DNA of 63,939 nucleotides, counting the filler, from Reclinomonas americana ATCC 50394 (lineage: Eukaryota), in assembly GCA_048213135.1 (NCBI GenBank). It is 4 parts of 2 records of this genome, joined end to end, with 100 filler letters (N's around TTAATTAATTAA, not from the genome) between each part and the next. Parts side by side here need not be neighbours in the genome. Positions count along the whole stretch, not along the records: positions 31,781 to 62,593 come from PS015163.1; positions 62,694 to 63,939 come from PS015170.1; 2 more parts are not named here. One strand, written 5' to 3'. The notes below the pieces were generated by a model. The model made no database searches, was not told where the DNA came from, and saw nothing but the letters and a program-made list of their open reading frames with translations. The position numbers were made by a program, and so were the translations under genes. Below are positions 61,801 through 63,939 of the stretch, in pieces; within the stretch, counting starts at the first letter, position 1; every line of letters begins with the position of its first letter.

Positions 61801-62345
61801 AGGAACTCATTCAAGGACATTGCAACGAACTCAACATCAGCAATGTACAGGTACCCGGTGGTCAAGTCGATGGAGAGGTCGGTAGGCGTGTTAAGCCGTG
61901 CCGCATTGCCGATCCCATCGGCCAAGCCCGATATTCCCGCAGCTCCAAGAAATGTCGACGTCACACCTCCACTCGTCACTCGTCGAATCGTGTGGTTCCA
62001 CAGATCGCACACAAATCCAGCACCGGACGCATCAAAGGCGACGCTCTGCGATGTCATGTGAGAATAGAGTCGTGCACAAGGAATCCAATTTAACGAGACA
62101 GTCCACCGCAGGATACGCGAAACGAGCTGCCGTCCCAGTGCCATCCGTCGAGCCCTGCATACCCGCTGTGCCCAACCAAGTTGACACTGCCGGCGTGATA
62201 CCCAATGCAGCCGCCGAAGGCGCCCATTCGAACGAATTGCTCATTGTCGAGGCCGCCACAGAGTTGCCCACCACCGCATTCAATGTCACCGACGATATCG
62301 TCACGTTGCTGGCCGCCAGCGTGGCCAGCGATTGGGAGGCTGCGG
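58880..62345 (-). CDS. Large extracellular protein: NHL beta-propeller, FN3-like segment, three cadherin-like domains and one Ig/IPT-like repeat (5' end beyond gap)
   Basis: About six NHL repeats (DGTGTAARFAYP, NGTGSSARFNRPHGI, ARFNEPLGI, 'D..NH.IR') at 60740-62190 and YYFRAVST. Cadherin-like N.APT.I/V....D...SFTY.V.GG...LQ...DNG at 60268-60560, 59925-60210 and 59075-59350. TYELCIRW repeat at 59548-59853. Confidence 0.8.
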
Positions 62346-62693
62346 AACATCAAAGAGAAGAGAAGCACTGTGAATGACCAGCAATGAAAGACGTGGAGGA
62401 GGAGGAGGAAGAGGAGGAGGAGGAGGAGGAGGAGGAAAGAAGAAGAAGAAGAAGAACAAGAAGAAAGAAAGAAGAAGAAAGAAAGAAAGAAACAAAGTAA
62501 ACGTAAAAAACGTAAAAAGTAAAAGGAAAAAGGAAAAGGGAAAGGTAAAGGAAAGGAAAAGGAAACGAAAAGGAAAAAAGGAAAAAACGAAAANNNNNNN
62601 NNNNNNNNNNNNNNNNNNNNNNNNNNNNNNNNNNNNNTTAATTAATTAANNNNNNNNNNNNNNNNNNNNNNNNNNNNNNNNNNNNNNNNNNNN

Positions 62694-63939
62694 GACGACG
62701 AGAGGTCGATCTCGTTGCCGAAATTGACCGAGGGGAAGGTGAACGAGCCTGTCGACGGGAAGGCGATGACCTTGTCACCATTCGTGTTGATGATTGCCAG
62801 TTCCTGCGGCGACGCCCGAAGCGTAAAGAACTTGCCCATGTCTTGGGCGACACCGAGGCGGATTTCCGACTGCGTTGCGGCGGTGCTCACAGGCACCACT
62901 TGGAAACTCTCGCCAACCGCCAGCACGCTACCGTAGGCATTCAGACCGGTGGCCTCCAGGTACACGTGACCGCCGCGTGTGGACCCTGATGCACAGCAAA
63001 TGTGAGGAACTGCACCAAGCAAATTTTTTGGTCAGCAGCATCGACCAACGCACCCGAGCCGCTGCGCAGACGGACTTCGCCACCAGAACCCGCCGATCCA
63101 GTGCCGGCCGTGACAAGAAGCGAGCCACCAGTGGCTCCGTCTTGGCCACGAATAGTGGTGGCGCCACCAGTGCCCGTCGTGACGGCGCGGCGAATCTCCA
63201 CACCCTGCGACGCCGTGGAATCACCGAGCTCAATGGTGGGCGTGTACAGGTGCGTCGTCGATGTTGTGGAGCTAGACGCTTGCAGAATACGACGTGTCGC
63301 CGCAGCGGTGGACGACGGCGACGACGATGACGAACGACCAGAGCCATCACCCGCACCACCACCGCCACCACCACCAAACTCATACAATCGCCGGCCAGCG
63401 TACGGCATGTCTACCACCTCCACCTCGGCTTCACGAGCCGCGGTGGCTGAGGACGGCACATCGCTCCCAGTCGGCGGCACGGAAGTGCTGTTGGTGGTGG
63501 TCGTCGACCCGGACGAGGACGAAGCTGCAGGCTTGGTGAAGCCAAGCAAGGCCTCACCGTTCGCCGCAATGACCGTCAACGATGTCGGTCCAGGTGTTAT
63601 TATCTGGTACGTGCTGTCTCCAGTGGTGCCGCCACCACCGAGTAACACGCGAGCGACGCCGCCAGCCAGCACAGCCACCTGCGACGACGAAGTGGCGCCC
63701 GACGCACTGACCGTCACGTTGGCGGCAGAGAATTGTTGCGTCACAGTTAACGACTCGGCCGTGCTCTGACCCTTCACGGTCACCGCCGTGAGAGTCGCAC
63801 TGCCAAAGAACAGAGGCAGGTGTGCAAAAATCATGGCCACCACAAAATACAACAATGCCAGATGGAGGACGGCGATGGAGATCCAAAGAACCAACGCCGA
63901 GCGTGATTGCCACCAGGGACCTGCAAACCATGTTAGGAC
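62694..63939 (-). CDS. Putative type II membrane protein with a Gly/Thr-rich beta-strand repeat stalk; partial
   Basis: A hydrophobic segment LVLWISIAVLHLALLYFVVAMIFAHLPLFF precedes GG-x-x-hydrophobic repeats (TGGATTIRGQDG, TGGSLLVTAGTG, SGGEVRLRSGSG, RGGHVYLEATG). Confidence 0.55.

Noticed and set aside
1-63939. Operon or biosynthetic gene cluster (acyltransferases, GH39, MFS)
   Set aside because: The genes are in mixed orientation and interleaved with unrelated housekeeping genes, and there is no core synthase.

Overview
This is gapped draft genomic DNA from a compact, intron-rich eukaryote, most likely a flagellated heterotrophic protist (I cannot name the taxon). Introns are mostly short GT-AG with CTRAC-like branch points, and some are expanded by GA/CT/CA microsatellites and local duplications. 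The ORF track is misleading, so I spliced about 22 genes by hand. They include an acyltransferase-3, a STAND-NTPase-TPR protein, an SLC25A33/36-type carrier, Trm9, an MBOAT wax synthase, a GH39 glycosidase, a METTL21-type methyltransferase, an Ig-repeat membrane protein, CENP-N, MZT2, an MFS transporter, calflagin, USP, a Rab34-like GTPase, prefoldin-3, fRMsr and a large NHL/cadherin-like surface protein. Top observations: (1) a recurrent second class of 5' splice site, GTTGCG(T), at about 16 donors, nearly all lacking exonic -1G; (2) CENP-N and an MZT2-like gene head-to-head, 64 bp apart, around a palindromic E2F-type site; (3) a Cys-paired Ig-like repeat shared by unrelated surface proteins. 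Several assembly artefacts are also visible. All family calls come from motif recognition, not database searches.
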